Positions 50,627-61,830 of a stretch of 64,000 nt of DNA are shown here, piece after piece; position 1 is the first letter of the stretch, and the number at the start of each line of letters is the position of its first letter. The DNA lies in assembly GCA_965225945.1 (NCBI GenBank), contig CBDDBZ010000034.1:224001-288000 (forward strand). The letters are read 5' to 3'. The stretch is from Alphaproteobacteria bacterium (GTDB lineage: Bacteria; Pseudomonadota; Alphaproteobacteria; GCA-2731375). A model generated the notes under the pieces. The model was not told where the DNA came from, did not search any database, and saw only the letters and a program-made list of their open reading frames with translations. The position numbers and the translations under genes are program-made.

Positions 50627-50821
50627 GAGCAGCGGACATATGTCCCGGCCGTCCCAATCGCCCGGCCAACGGGTTGTTCGTCGCCACGCGCCCGGGTGGC
50701 ATGGCCCGGCCGGCCCGCTCCCCCGCCCAACCAGATGGGATAATTCCGGTGTCCGCCCTACCACGTGATGAAAGATGGCCTCGGGTGGTTGGGCCGTAGC
50801 GAACCGCCAGGAGTCGAAACC

Positions 50822-51763
50822 ATGTCCAAACGCCGTCTGACCGGGTCCTTCGTGGCCCTGATCACGCCCTTCAACCAGGACTACAGCCTGGATTTCGAGG
50901 GCTTCCGCGTCCTGCTGGATTTCCACGCGGAGAACCACACCAGCGCCGTGCTGATCATGGGCTCGAGCGGCGAGGTCTCGATGCTGACGGCCGACGAGCG
51001 CCACGCCGTGGTGCGCGAGACCCTGAAATTCCGCCGAGACGGCATGGAGATGTGGTACGGCTGCACCGGTCCCACGACCGAGGCGACGATTGCTTATGTC
51101 GCGCAAGCGGCCGGCGAGGGCGCCGATGGCGCGGTGATCGCGGCGCCGCCCTATATTTGCGCCCCCAATGCCGACATCGTCCGCTTCTTCCTCGAAGTGG
51201 CCGAGGCCTCGGCCATCCCGCTCGGCATCTACAACAATCCGCCCCGGGTGACGACCGACCTGACGGCGCCCGACGTGCTCCGGATCGCCGCGCATCCGAA
51301 CGTCCTGGTGCTGAAGGAATCGACCGCGCGCGTCGCCCAGGTGGCCGCGATCGCCGCCGCCGCGCCGGACCTGAGCCTGATGTGCTGCTGCTCGCCCAAC
51401 CTCGGACTGGTGGTGGCGACGATGGCCTTGGGCGGCCACGGCACCGCCAACATGACCGGCAACATCATCCCGCGCGAGATGGCGGTGATCTCCAAGCCCT
51501 GGGAGAGCCACGCGGACACGATCGCCTTCCGCGAGGCCTGGCTGCACAACCTGGAGATGCTCCATTACGCCTATTCGGCGGTCAATCCGGTGCCGATCAA
51601 GTCGCTGATGGCGGCGGTGGGCCTGCCGGCGGGGCCGCTCAGGAAGCCGCTCACCGCCTACCAGGGCGCGGAGCTGGAGCAGGGCCTCGAAATCGCCCGC
51701 GATCTCGGCCTCGAGCGAAGCTACGGCTTCGACCTCGGCCAGGGCCTGCGGGCGGCGGAATAG
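50822..51763 (+). CDS. DapA (dihydrodipicolinate synthase) family lyase
   Basis: ALITPF, GSSGE, YNNP, LKES, NPVPIK motifs. Confidence 0.9.
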   Translation: MSKRRLTGSFVALITPFNQDYSLDFEGFRVLLDFHAENHTSAVLIMGSSGEVSMLTADERHAVVRETLKFRRDGMEMWYGCTGPTTEATIAYVAQAAGEGADGAVIAAPPYICAPNADIVRFFLEVAEASAIPLGIYNNPPRVTTDLTAPDVLRIAAHPNVLVLKESTARVAQVAAIAAAAPDLSLMCCCSPNLGLVVATMALGGHGTANMTGNIIPREMAVISKPWESHADTIAFREAWLHNLEMLHYAYSAVNPVPIKSLMAAVGLPAGPLRKPLTAYQGAELEQGLEIARDLGLERSYGFDLGQGLRAAE

Positions 51764-51864
51764 GAGGCCTCTCCCGCTCCCCCGCCGTTCTTTGTCGATG
51801 GCCGCTCGCGCGGCCCGTCGGAGGAGCGGGCCGGCCGGGAAGTCGACGCCTATGGCGGTCGGGA

Positions 51865-52330
51865 TTATAGCCCCAGGTCGCTGAGGCTCGGATGGTCGTC
51901 CGGCCGTCGGCCGAGCGGCCAGTGGAATTTGCGTTCGCTCTCGGCAATCGGCAGGTCGTTGATGCTTGCCAGGCGCAAGCGCATGAGACCGTGCTCGTCA
52001 AATTCCCAGTTCTCGTTCCCGTAGGATCGAAACCAAAGGCCACCATCGTCGTGCCACTCATAGGCAAAACGTACGGCGATGCGGTTGTCGAGGAAGGCCC
52101 AGAGCTCTTTAGATCAGGCGGTAGTCCTGCTCGCGCGCCCATTTGCGAGTCAAAAACGCCTCGATTTCGTCGCGTCCCCGCGGGAACTCGTTGCGGTTCC
52201 GCCAACGGCTGTCGAGCGTATAGGCCTGTGCAACCCGTTCGGGATCGCGGGTATTCCAGCCGTCCTCGGCGAGACGCACTTTTTCCGCCGCGCTTTTCGC
52301 CGTGAAGGGAGGGAGCGGTGGACGGTCCAT
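51865..52330 (-). pseudogene. DUF1348/NTF2-like protein with a +1 frameshift
   Basis: RPPLPPFT...DYRLI, one extra T, then KELWAF...[11 protein letters not shown]...LSDLGL*. Confidence 0.88.
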
Positions 52331-52497
52331 GGCGCCGATCCTTGCCAGGCGTTATCCCGGGTTAAGAGGAGGTGAAACTATATACTGGGCCTTGCGACGA
52401 TGGCGACCAGCGATTCCGGTGGATCGCGGCCGGCGAGACGGTGCCCGGCAAGAGGTCCATCTCCGCGCCGCCGTCTGCTTCGGATTTTTTCGAGCTC

Positions 52498-54774
52498 TCA
52501 GCGGAAGACGTAGATCGGGCTGCTCCAGGCCTGGAAGCCATCCTCGGTGGTGACCCGGACCCATAGCGGATTGTCGCCCGAGGCCTCGAGCGGCACCTCG
52601 ACCTCGGCGCTGAGCTCGCGGCTGGTCAAGCTCTCCGGCAGGCGAGAGATCCGCAGCTCGCGGCGCAGCCCACCGGCGCCGAGAATCAGATCATCGTGGC
52701 CGATCTCGGCCAGCGCCATCTCGCTGGAGACGTGGTTGGTGGCGAGTTGCAGCCGCGCCGCCGGGCCTTCCTCCAGCCAGACGTCGAAGCCGCCGAAATT
52801 GCCGGTGGTGATCGCCTCCCACGTCACCAGGTCGTGGCCGTCGACTTCGAGCCGGCGTTCGTGGTTCCAGGCGTTGATCTTCGCCATGGCGAGGATGCGG
52901 CAGTCGTGGAAGCGGGCGCTGCCGCGCCAGGTGGTCTGGCGGCCCCGGCCGCGATACTCGGCGCCGCTCCAGATCCGCTGGCCGAGGTCGCTGGGCCCAT
53001 GGCCGCGCAGCGTCTCGACCGGCCGGTGGCCGTTCAGCACGTCGATCCGCAGAATCGCCGTGGCGGCGGCGGCGGCGATCTTCAACTTCACCGCGCCTGC
53101 GCTCTGGACGATGTCGCCCATCATCGCCTCCGCCACCATCCGGCCGGCGTCCTGGTAGAGCTTCGGATCGCGTTCGTGGAGCCGTCCGCCCTCGGCGAAT
53201 TCGGCGCGGACGTCCAGATGCAGGCGGTTGCCGGTGGTGCCGTAGTGATGGCGCCGGCGCAGCGCCTCGAAGAGGCTATCGCGGTCCAGCCGCTCGGCGA
53301 GAAAACAGGTGAGCCCGCCATAGGCCCCGAAGGTCGCCGCGCCCGGATAGCTGGCGCCCGGCCGGCCCTTGTGGCCGTCGCTGTTGCAGACCACGCCGAC
53401 CCGGTGGCCGAGCTCGAAGCAGTCCTCGATCAGCCACTCGAAGGTGCCCCAGGCGGAGTGGATTTCCATCGCGGTCTCGAGCCGGCCGTCGTGGGCATAG
53501 CTGACGTCGGCGTAGCGGCCGCCGACATGGGCGTAGACCACCGCGTCTTCCTCGGCCAGCGCCTCGAAGAGGGCCGAAGCCGTCGGTGCATCGGTCTCGA
53601 TGTCGGCGCGATCCGGCAGCAGGGCATGGGAGGAGCGATGGATCGCCCGGCCCTCGGTTCGGAAATAGACGTTGCGATCGCCGCCGACGCCGGTGTTGCC
53701 GGACCACTCGTAGCCGGGGAAGGTGACGAAACGACCGTCCTCGTGGAACTCGAGCGACAACGCGTTCAGTTGGCGCCAGAAGGCGTTGTTGATTTGGAAA
53801 TCGTTGGCCTGATGGCTGCAAGCGTCCAGGAACGCGGCCTCGCGGGCGAAGCTGTAGTATTCGAAAGCCGTGTTGATGCCGATCGATTCACCACTCTGGC
53901 CATGCAGGTCGGCCCAATATCCCGACACCCGGCCGTCGCGGATCAACAGCGGGTTGCTCTCGGCCACCAGGGCGCCGGCCTCGTCCAGCACCCGAATGGT
54001 CAACCGTCCCGGTTCCGCCACCGACAAGTCCTCGATGGTGGTCGCGCGCCGTCCCGGTCCGTGCTCGACCCACTCCCCGAGACCGGCGACCGGCAGGCTC
54101 GCCTCCAGGCGGAAGCGGCCCTGGGCCTGGGGCGTCGGATTGCCCCACTTGTCTTCCGCCAACAGGCCGAAGTGGAAGCGCTCGCCCGGGCGGCGAAGCG
54201 TCGGCAACACGGCGCGCCAGAGGTGCGGCGGTCCGGGCACGATGGAGATCGAGGGGGTGTCGGGAATCGGCACGAAATGGCCGGTGGCGCAGACGTCCGC
54301 CAGCACCTTGAACTCGAAGCCGCTCTCGACGAAGGTCTGCAACTGCATGCCGGGGCCACCGCCGGAGGTATCGCCGAAGACGATGGTGATCCGCTCGCCC
54401 TCGCCGATGAAGCCGCCGCGCACCGCGACCTCGAGGCATTTGAAGAAGGGCCGCTGCCCGCCCCGGGTGCGGTATTCGAGGCTGAGCGGATTGCCGCTGC
54501 TGGCCGAGACCGTGACGTAGTTCGCCGCGCTTCGATCCTCGCTCTGAAGAGCGCCCCAATCGCCGAAAACCCGGAAGACGACGCGGATCGCGCCGCTATC
54601 GTCGAGCCCGTAACGCCCCGCCGTATAGGTCAGGTGAAAGGTCTGCAGGCTCCTCGCCTCGAAGGCGCCGCTCGGCGTCAACTCCACATGACCGTAGAGC
54701 ACGGCGGCGTCCCCCGGGCTCGCCGCCGGCCAGACCGCGCCCATGACCTCATGTTCGACCGGACCGCCCCTCAT
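52498..54774 (-). CDS. DUF3604 (PHP-like metal-binding) domain protein
   Basis: WADLHGQS, PGYEWSG, EIHSAWG, NSDGH, AWSSPI motifs; GGAG before ATG 54774. Confidence 0.82.
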   Translation of the reverse strand: MRGGPVEHEVMGAVWPAASPGDAAVLYGHVELTPSGAFEARSLQTFHLTYTAGRYGLDDSGAIRVVFRVFGDWGALQSEDRSAANYVTVSASSGNPLSLEYRTRGGQRPFFKCLEVAVRGGFIGEGERITIVFGDTSGGGPGMQLQTFVESGFEFKVLADVCATGHFVPIPDTPSISIVPGPPHLWRAVLPTLRRPGERFHFGLLAEDKWGNPTPQAQGRFRLEASLPVAGLGEWVEHGPGRRATTIEDLSVAEPGRLTIRVLDEAGALVAESNPLLIRDGRVSGYWADLHGQSGESIGINTAFEYYSFAREAAFLDACSHQANDFQINNAFWRQLNALSLEFHEDGRFVTFPGYEWSGNTGVGGDRNVYFRTEGRAIHRSSHALLPDRADIETDAPTASALFEALAEEDAVVYAHVGGRYADVSYAHDGRLETAMEIHSAWGTFEWLIEDCFELGHRVGVVCNSDGHKGRPGASYPGAATFGAYGGLTCFLAERLDRDSLFEALRRRHHYGTTGNRLHLDVRAEFAEGGRLHERDPKLYQDAGRMVAEAMMGDIVQSAGAVKLKIAAAAATAILRIDVLNGHRPVETLRGHGPSDLGQRIWSGAEYRGRGRQTTWRGSARFHDCRILAMAKINAWNHERRLEVDGHDLVTWEAITTGNFGGFDVWLEEGPAARLQLATNHVSSEMALAEIGHDDLILGAGGLRRELRISRLPESLTSRELSAEVEVPLEASGDNPLWVRVTTEDGFQAWSSPIYVFR

Positions 54775-54912
54775 CGCCGCTCTCCCACGTCCTGTGCCCT
54801 CGATCGAATCTAGTGGCAATCGCGCGGTGCCGCCAGCAGTTGCCCGCGCGCCCGACCAGCGATAGAACCAAGGCGCGAGAGCAACTCGTGATGCGCCGGG
54901 GGGACTTCGAGC

Positions 54913-55830
54913 ATGGCCAGAAAATCTCGTTTCGCGACCGCCGATCTCGGCGGCATTATCCCGCCGATCACCACGCCCTTCACCGCCAGGGGCGCGATCG
55001 ACGAGCGGGCCTTTCGCGCCCAGGTGAAGTTCATGCTCGGCGCCGGCGTCCACGGCGTGGCGGTCGGCGGCAGCACCGGCGAGGGCCATGCGCTCGACGC
55101 CGAGGAGGTGCCGAGGCTGGTCGAGATCGCGGTGGAGGTAGCGGGCGATTCCGTGCCGGTCATCGCCGGCATCATCGTCAATTCGACGCGCGATGCGATC
55201 GCGCGCGGGCGAGCGGCCGAGGCGGCGGGCGCGGCGGCCTTGCAGATCACCCCGGTCCACTACCTCTTCCGGCCCGACGACGGCCATATGGAGGCGCATT
55301 TCCGGACCGTCGCCAAGGCGGTCTCGGCGCCAGTCCTGATTTACAACGTGGTGCCCTGGAGCTATCTCTCGCCCGAACTGCTGGTCCGCATCATGCGCCG
55401 CGTGCCGGGCGTCGTCGGGGTCAAGCAGAGCGCCGGCGACCTCAAGCTGTTCGCCGATCTGATGCAGTCGGCGCCGCGCGGGTGCCGCATCTTCAGCGCC
55501 GTCGACGCCCTCATGTATCCCTCCTTCACCCTGGGCGCGCATGGCGCCATCACCGCAATCCTGACCGCGGCGCCGCACGCCTGCGTCCGGCTCTGGGACG
55601 CGGTGCGGGCGGGCGAGTACGGAAGCGCGCTCCGCCTGCATGGCCGACTGCTCAAGCTCTGGAACGCCATGCACGCCGACATGGCGCCGGGCTCCAACAA
55701 TCTGCCGGCGGCGACCAAGTGCGCCTTGACGCTCCAGGGGCTGAAGGGCGGCGCGCCCCGGGCACCGATGCCCGCCGCCTCCCAGCGTCAACAAAAGGCG
55801 ATCGCCGGCGCGCTCAAAGCCCTGACATAG
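54913..55830 (+). CDS. DapA family lyase/aldolase
   Basis: TTPF, GSTGE, YNV, GVKQS motifs. Confidence 0.9.
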   Translation: MARKSRFATADLGGIIPPITTPFTARGAIDERAFRAQVKFMLGAGVHGVAVGGSTGEGHALDAEEVPRLVEIAVEVAGDSVPVIAGIIVNSTRDAIARGRAAEAAGAAALQITPVHYLFRPDDGHMEAHFRTVAKAVSAPVLIYNVVPWSYLSPELLVRIMRRVPGVVGVKQSAGDLKLFADLMQSAPRGCRIFSAVDALMYPSFTLGAHGAITAILTAAPHACVRLWDAVRAGEYGSALRLHGRLLKLWNAMHADMAPGSNNLPAATKCALTLQGLKGGAPRAPMPAASQRQQKAIAGALKALT

Positions 55831-55973
55831 ACGTCATCCCTCAGACGTCGGCTACGGCCCGCGATGACGCGGCTCTAATTGGCGAAGGCCCGTTGTGCTA
55901 AGATCGCCGGCAACTGGGAGAGCGATCTCAGGAGTTCCGTCTGAAAGGGTGGGTTGAGGCAGAGTATTCAAAG

Positions 55974-56810
55974 ATGATTAACGAAGACATCAAGACGGCA
56001 GTCAGCGAACGCTACTCGGAAATTGCCAAGAGCGGCCGCAGCAGCCTCGATGAAAAAACCCGATCTGTCGCCAAGGCGTTCGGGTATTCCGAAGCCGAAC
56101 TCGAGAGCATTCCGGCGGAAGCGAATATGGGCGTGAGCTGCGGCAATCCAACTGCCATGGCGAGCCTTCGCGAGGGGGAAATTGTCGTCGATCTCGGCAG
56201 CGGTGGCGGGCTCGACGTCTTCCTGGCGGCGCGGAAGGTAGGGCCGACGGGCAAGGCCATCGGCATCGACATGACCGAAGAAATGATCCGACTGGCGCGG
56301 CGCAACGCCGAGAAAATGGGCCTCGAGAACGTCGCGTTTCATCTCGCCGAAATCGAAGACATGCCGCTTGCCGACGAAAGTGTGGACTGCGTGGTCAGCA
56401 ACTGCGTCCTGGTCCTGGTTCCGGACAAGTTGGATGCCTTCAAGGAAATATACCGCATCTTGAAGCCGAGCGGGCGGCTGGCGATCAGCGATATGGCACT
56501 CAAGAAGACGTTGCCATCCGAGCTTGCCGAAAGCGTCGCCGCCTATACGGGCTGCGTTGCCGGCGCGTTGCAGATCGAGGACTACGAAAGGCTTCTTGGT
56601 GAGGCCGGCTTCGCAGCGGTCCAGATCATCGACACCCGGTCGGATCTCAACGTCTACAAAGAGAGCGAAAAGGCCGGTGAGGCGGCGATCTCATGTTGTG
56701 GCGGTCCGGACACGGAAGCAAAGGGCGTATCGACCACGGCAGCCCTGCGACTCTCGGATGTCGATGTCAACGACTATGCCGCAAGCGTAAAGGTGTTCGC
56801 TCACAAGTAA
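55974..56810 (+). CDS. arsM: arsenite S-adenosylmethyltransferase
   Basis: [27 protein letters not shown] motifs. Confidence 0.9.
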   Translation: MINEDIKTAVSERYSEIAKSGRSSLDEKTRSVAKAFGYSEAELESIPAEANMGVSCGNPTAMASLREGEIVVDLGSGGGLDVFLAARKVGPTGKAIGIDMTEEMIRLARRNAEKMGLENVAFHLAEIEDMPLADESVDCVVSNCVLVLVPDKLDAFKEIYRILKPSGRLAISDMALKKTLPSELAESVAAYTGCVAGALQIEDYERLLGEAGFAAVQIIDTRSDLNVYKESEKAGEAAISCCGGPDTEAKGVSTTAALRLSDVDVNDYAASVKVFAHK

Positions 56811-57307
56811 CGGCCCCGATTTACTCGACATTTTCTCGAGGTCTCTGTCCGGCAGAGACACCACGGCAGCGCGATTGCCATCTGCCATGCGATGAGCAGT
56901 AGGATGCCGCCGCCCTCGTAGAGCGCGAACGCCGCGACCTCAGTCTTGAACTCGATATCGTGGACAAGACCTTGAAATGACCCTTCTTACGTCAACTTGC
57001 TGACATAATCCGGATCGTAGTATTGCTAATATAGCAGGAGAGGGTACGTAATGATAATCCTCGCGCTCGAGCATTTCATCGTGTAAATTGTATTATTCTC
57101 ATCTAGATAATATCATTAACTGTATTGTCTGCCTACGAAAGCAATGCAACTACGCCCAACCTCGGCCGATCGATGAAAAGGTGATCTGGACCCCAGCCGG
57201 AGCTTCGCCGTCCATTCAGCCTATCGAGTGATGGCCATCTCTTTCGATCCGCACCTCCAGCACCAGATGTAATGACGAGGCCCGGGGAAGGCTAGCCCGA
57301 GAGGACC

Positions 57308-57943
57308 GTGGAAATGATCATGCCGTCACGTCGCACAATCGTTACCGCCGCCGCCGTCTTCATGCTGTCCTTCGGCAATGTCGCCGCCGAGGCGCCGCCT
57401 GAGCAGGTCCAGGGTGCCGCTCGGTTCATCGCTTCGCTGGGCGATCAGGCGATCACCGCCCTGCGCGCCAACAGCCGCGGCTTGGAGCGGCGCGAGGCGA
57501 CCTTCCGCGGGCTCTTGGCACAGCGCTTCGACGTCCCCTTCATCGGCCGTTTCGTGCTGGGCCGGCATTGGCGCCGGGCCAGCGCCGAACAGCGCAGCGA
57601 CTACCTCGCGCTGTTCCGCGAGTTCCTGCTGAAGACCTACTCTCGCCGGCTCGGAGGCTCTACCGGTGGGACGTTCACCGTCACGGGGGCACACCCTACG
57701 GGCCGGCAACACATCATCGTCAGGACCCAAATCGAGCGCGCGATCGGGGCGCCGATCGAGGCCGACTGGCGCGTCAGGGTGATCGACCGGCAGTATAAAA
57801 TCATCGACGTCGCGGTCGAGGGTGTTAGCATGGCCGCGACGCAGAGGGCGGAGTTCACGACGGTCATCCGGAACCATGGCATGGACGGCTTGCTACAGGC
57901 GCTTCGCCTGCGCACGCAAACTTATACCGCTAAGGCGTCCTGA
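57308..57943 (+). CDS. MlaC/Ttg2D family periplasmic binding protein
   Basis: Signal peptide, RFVLGRHW, IIDVAVEGVSM..TQR.EF motifs. Confidence 0.9.
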   Translation: MEMIMPSRRTIVTAAAVFMLSFGNVAAEAPPEQVQGAARFIASLGDQAITALRANSRGLERREATFRGLLAQRFDVPFIGRFVLGRHWRRASAEQRSDYLALFREFLLKTYSRRLGGSTGGTFTVTGAHPTGRQHIIVRTQIERAIGAPIEADWRVRVIDRQYKIIDVAVEGVSMAATQRAEFTTVIRNHGMDGLLQALRLRTQTYTAKAS

Positions 57944-58147
57944 CGCCGCCGTCGGATACCGCTTTCCACCAAGCGCCGATCGAGTTCCAAGACGGCGGGC
58001 GCTTTGCCTCCCGCCGTCCCGGCCAGCGACCTTCTCGTCACCGCCACCGCGGCTAACGACCTCCAGGATGGCTACGAAGCCTAGGTGGATCGTCAATTCA
58101 CGTCGAACTGAGCCGGCACAGACTCTCGCCGATTTCCCGAATTGACA

Positions 58148-58600
58148 ATGCCGACCGATACTTACAGATCGCTCGCCGTGGCCTTGTTCCTGCTCCTTGC
58201 GGGCTGCGGAACGAATGTCAAGACGCTGCTCGAGGAAGATGGCCGGCTCTTCTGGCAGGCGGATCCGATCGTTATGGCAGCAGAAGATCTGGACCGCGAT
58301 CTCGTCGAGCCGTTCAATGCAGCCGAAACGGCAAAAATCGAGGCCTGCGATGCTTTGTATTCCGCAGCGGAGGAGAGCATCGAAGAGAACGAAAGGTCAC
58401 GCGTGGCGGAATTTTGGTCAGACGTCACCATGCTCTTCGTTCGCGTCTTCCCAGTGGAATCGGTGGAACGATGCGCTCGAGCACACGAGCGATACAGTCA
58501 GGAGCTCGATGTCTTGCGCAAGCTCCTCGAGGAGGAGGGCGTCTATGTCAACGGCGGCGCAAAATTGGGCCAGTTTGGCGGCGCAAAAAGGGAGCCCTGA
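58148..58600 (+). CDS. hypothetical lipoprotein
   Basis: Lipobox LLAGC, acidic helical body. Confidence 0.65.
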   Translation: MPTDTYRSLAVALFLLLAGCGTNVKTLLEEDGRLFWQADPIVMAAEDLDRDLVEPFNAAETAKIEACDALYSAAEESIEENERSRVAEFWSDVTMLFVRVFPVESVERCARAHERYSQELDVLRKLLEEEGVYVNGGAKLGQFGGAKREP

Positions 58601-58756
58601 GGGTTGGAGAGCTTGGCCACGTCGTCCAGCGGAGGGCCCCGCGGGCGGAGCGACGTGCCCTTCAAGCGGGTAGACGGCGCCCGGGCGACGCCATGACAGT
58701 GCTGTCGCCCCGCCCTAATCTTTGTTCCCTGGAGACTTGCACCGAGGAGAATCGAT

Positions 58757-59605
58757 ATGGGACCACAGCTGGTCGACTATCTGCTGTACGAAAAGGAGGA
58801 AAGCGGCATCCTCTGGATCAAGTTCAACCGGCCGGAGAAGATGAATGCGCTTTACGGCACGGCGGAGGCGCTGGGCACGGTCGCCAAGGTCGGCGAGTAC
58901 ATGCGGGCGGGGGACGACGATCCCGACGTCAGGGTGATCGTGCTCACCGGCGTCGGCCGCGGCTTCTGTTCCGGCGCCGACCTCAAGAGCCGACTATCGG
59001 TGGACGAGATCGGCCCCAATGTGGAGGGTGCTCGCGGCGACCACGAAGGGCCGGACGTGACGCGCCAGCACTTCTATCACGGCTTCACTAAGCTGCACCG
59101 CGACATCTCCGTCATCCGCAAACCCACCATCGCCATGATCAACGGCGCCGCCGTCGGCTCCGGCATGGACATGGCGCTGCATTGCGACATCCGCATCGGC
59201 TGCGAGAACACCCGTTTCATCGGTTACCAGCAGGTGGGTCAGATCATCGAGAACGGCGGCTCCTACTATCTGCCGAAGATGGTCGGGCTCGGCCGGGCGC
59301 TGGAATTTGCCTATACCGGCTCGTTGACGGCAGAGCGCGCCTACGAGTGGGGCCTGCTCAACCACCTGGTCTCTTCGCACGAGCTCGAGACGACGACGCG
59401 GGAACTCTGCGAGCGGATCATCGCCCAGCCGCCGCTGGTACAGTGGACCAGTAAGCGGATCATGCGCGCCGCCCTCGACAGCACGCTCGAGACCACCATG
59501 GTGCTGACCTCGAACGCCGGCGGCATCCTACAGAGTTCGGATGACGCCAAGGAAGCCCGCCTGGCCTTCGTCGAGAAGAGGAAGCCGAGGTTCCGGGGTG
59601 TTTAG
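58757..59605 (+). CDS. enoyl-CoA hydratase/isomerase family protein
   Basis: NRPEKMNA, FCSGADL, INGAAVGSG, AFVEKRKP.F motifs. Confidence 0.92.
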   Translation: MGPQLVDYLLYEKEESGILWIKFNRPEKMNALYGTAEALGTVAKVGEYMRAGDDDPDVRVIVLTGVGRGFCSGADLKSRLSVDEIGPNVEGARGDHEGPDVTRQHFYHGFTKLHRDISVIRKPTIAMINGAAVGSGMDMALHCDIRIGCENTRFIGYQQVGQIIENGGSYYLPKMVGLGRALEFAYTGSLTAERAYEWGLLNHLVSSHELETTTRELCERIIAQPPLVQWTSKRIMRAALDSTLETTMVLTSNAGGILQSSDDAKEARLAFVEKRKPRFRGV

Positions 59606-59641
59606 CCCTTCACAATGGTTCCCGGGAGATAGGGAAAATCG

Positions 59642-60479
59642 CATGGTACACGACGGCATTTACGTAGGACGTTGAAAAGGTTGTAGAATTCCCGATTCAC
59701 TCCACGACGAGTCAAGAGGGAAATCATGCGAGACAACCCGATCAACGCCCTGCGTGAGACGCTACGATGCGGCTTCGCCTTTCGCAAGAGCCGTCTGGAG
59801 AGCCTTTGCGTCTTGGTCTTCGGCGTGTTCGTCGCCCGGACGGTGAACCTCTCTCACTTGGCCTGCCAGCGATCCAGATCGGCGCCTGCAACGGTTTTTG
59901 CAAGCGCCGATCCCTCGCCGAGTTCCTGGTCGCGATGATGGGGCAGGCGGGGCTGGCGGCGACCATGGACCGGACCACTGGCGGCTGGGTCGCCGCGACG
60001 TCAACATCTTGATGATCGGCATCTCAACCGCGAACGGGTGCTCGACGGCGGCATTCCTACCAAGGAGCGGACGATCCTCGACGTCCTCCGGCTCTTCGGG
60101 GTCGACAAGATCGCCAGCCTCCTGGCCGACCGGGACGCGGCGACGCCTGGCTGGCATGGTTGCAGGAAAAGCCATCCCCTTTCACATCCGCATCCGATCC
60201 AACATCAAGATCGCCAACACGCGTTCGTCGAGGGAGCTGTTTCGCGAAGAGCCGACGCCAGCCGAAAAGGTTCCGGGCGAACTGTTTAGCCCTTCACAAT
60301 GCCGTTCCCGTGGAGACCTAGGGACCGAAATCACCGCCGTTCCATCGAACACGCGCGGCTCCACGAGGCCGAGCCGATCCGCCTCAAAACCCACAAAAGG
60401 ATGGCAAAATCCATCTTCCGATACGGTTTCGAGTGGATAAGGCGACAGAATGACGATCGTCGAAGGTGCGTGTACTGTG
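59642..60479 (+). mobile_element. IS4 copy 3, garbled/collapsed (838 bp), possible assembly chimera
   Basis: Left ~220 bp matches copy 1, then many indels; right end GTGTACTGTG; no TSD; flanking DNA interleaved. Confidence 0.8.
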
Positions 60480-60600
60480 GGACGTTTCGAACACGCCGAA
60501 TGACGATTATGCGACTGCCGGGTAGGGCCCTGGTGGCGCCGTTGGTCTTCGCAACCTTGTCGCCGGCTGAACGAGAACGGCCCCACGCAAAGGACACTTC

Positions 60601-61830
60601 ATGAAACCCCTAGGCGACATCCGCGTTCTCTCCGTCACCGTATTCCTCGCCGGCCCCTTCCTTGGCATGACGCTCGCGCGCTTCGGGGCCGAAGTCATCA
60701 AGATCGAGCTGCCGGGAATCGGCGATCCGATTCGCAATATCGGACCCTATGCGGGCCCCATGGGCATAAGCGCGGAGCGAGAAACTGAAGAGGATCTCTC
60801 GATCCGCTTTCTCAAGCGCTCGGAAGGCGTGAAGAGCGTCACCTTGAATCTGAAGGACCCGGAGGGGGCGGGCATGTTTCTGGAGCTGGTAAAGGAGGCC
60901 GACGTCGTGATCGAGAACCTGTCGCCGAGCTCGATGACGCGCCTCGGACTCGGTTACGCGGACGTCGCCGAGGTCAATCCGGGCATCGTCTACTGTTCCA
61001 TTGCCGGCTACGGCCAGACCGGTCCCTACAAGGACCTGCCAGCCCACGACCATCAGGTCCAGGCGATGTCCGGCATCATGGATATGAACGGCGCTCCCGA
61101 CGGACCGCCGACACGGATCGGCATCTTCCTCGGCGATCTGGTGACGCCGCTTTACGCCGCCTATTCGATTCTCGGCGCCCTGCGCCACAAGGAGAAAACC
61201 GGAGAAGGCCAATATCTCGACGCCTCGATGATCGATACGCTGGCCACGTTGATGTTCATGGAACCGATGGAGCACATCCTCCACCAAGGCTTGCCGGTCC
61301 GAGCCGGCAACGACAGCCGCAACGGCGTCACCGGGCTCTATCGCCTCACGGATGGCGATGTGATCATTACGGTCGGGAACCTGCCGCGCTGGCAAAAGTT
61401 ATGCGAAGCGCTTGGCGCGGGTGAATTGCTGGAGAATCCTCGATACGCGACGGTCGAAGACCGGGAGGCGCATGTCGGGGAATTGCGGCGGGAGATTCAG
61501 GATCGTCTCGGCAGGCTCGGTTGCGAAGAAGGGATTGCGCTGCTGGAGAGCGCCGCTATCCCCGTCGCCCGAGTCCGGACTCTGCCCGAGGTCATGGCGG
61601 ACGAGCACTTCCGCGACCGCGGCACCCTGAAACCGATGTACCGTCAGGGATCGGAGGAGCCCGTGGAGCGCGGCATTGTCGCGGGTTTCCCCGTGACCTT
61701 CTCCGCTGGATCGTTACCGCGGCTCGAGGGTGGGGCAAGGCTTGGCCATCACAACGAGGAAGTCTACGGCCGGTTGCTCGACCTGGACCCGGCCGCGCTT
61801 GCCGAATTGAAAAAACACGGCGTCATTTAG
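60601..61830 (+). CDS. CaiB/BaiF family III CoA transferase
   Basis: LAGP, GAEVIKIE, ADVVIEN, GYGQTGPY, QAMSG, G.HNEEV motifs. Confidence 0.93.
   Translation: MKPLGDIRVLSVTVFLAGPFLGMTLARFGAEVIKIELPGIGDPIRNIGPYAGPMGISAERETEEDLSIRFLKRSEGVKSVTLNLKDPEGAGMFLELVKEADVVIENLSPSSMTRLGLGYADVAEVNPGIVYCSIAGYGQTGPYKDLPAHDHQVQAMSGIMDMNGAPDGPPTRIGIFLGDLVTPLYAAYSILGALRHKEKTGEGQYLDASMIDTLATLMFMEPMEHILHQGLPVRAGNDSRNGVTGLYRLTDGDVIITVGNLPRWQKLCEALGAGELLENPRYATVEDREAHVGELRREIQDRLGRLGCEEGIALLESAAIPVARVRTLPEVMADEHFRDRGTLKPMYRQGSEEPVERGIVAGFPVTFSAGSLPRLEGGARLGHHNEEVYGRLLDLDPAALAELKKHGVI

Noticed and set aside
52498-55794. 1098-aa ORF as a giant fusion protein
   Set aside because: The N-terminal ~340 aa is the antisense shadow of the DapA-family gene; the real start is near 54774
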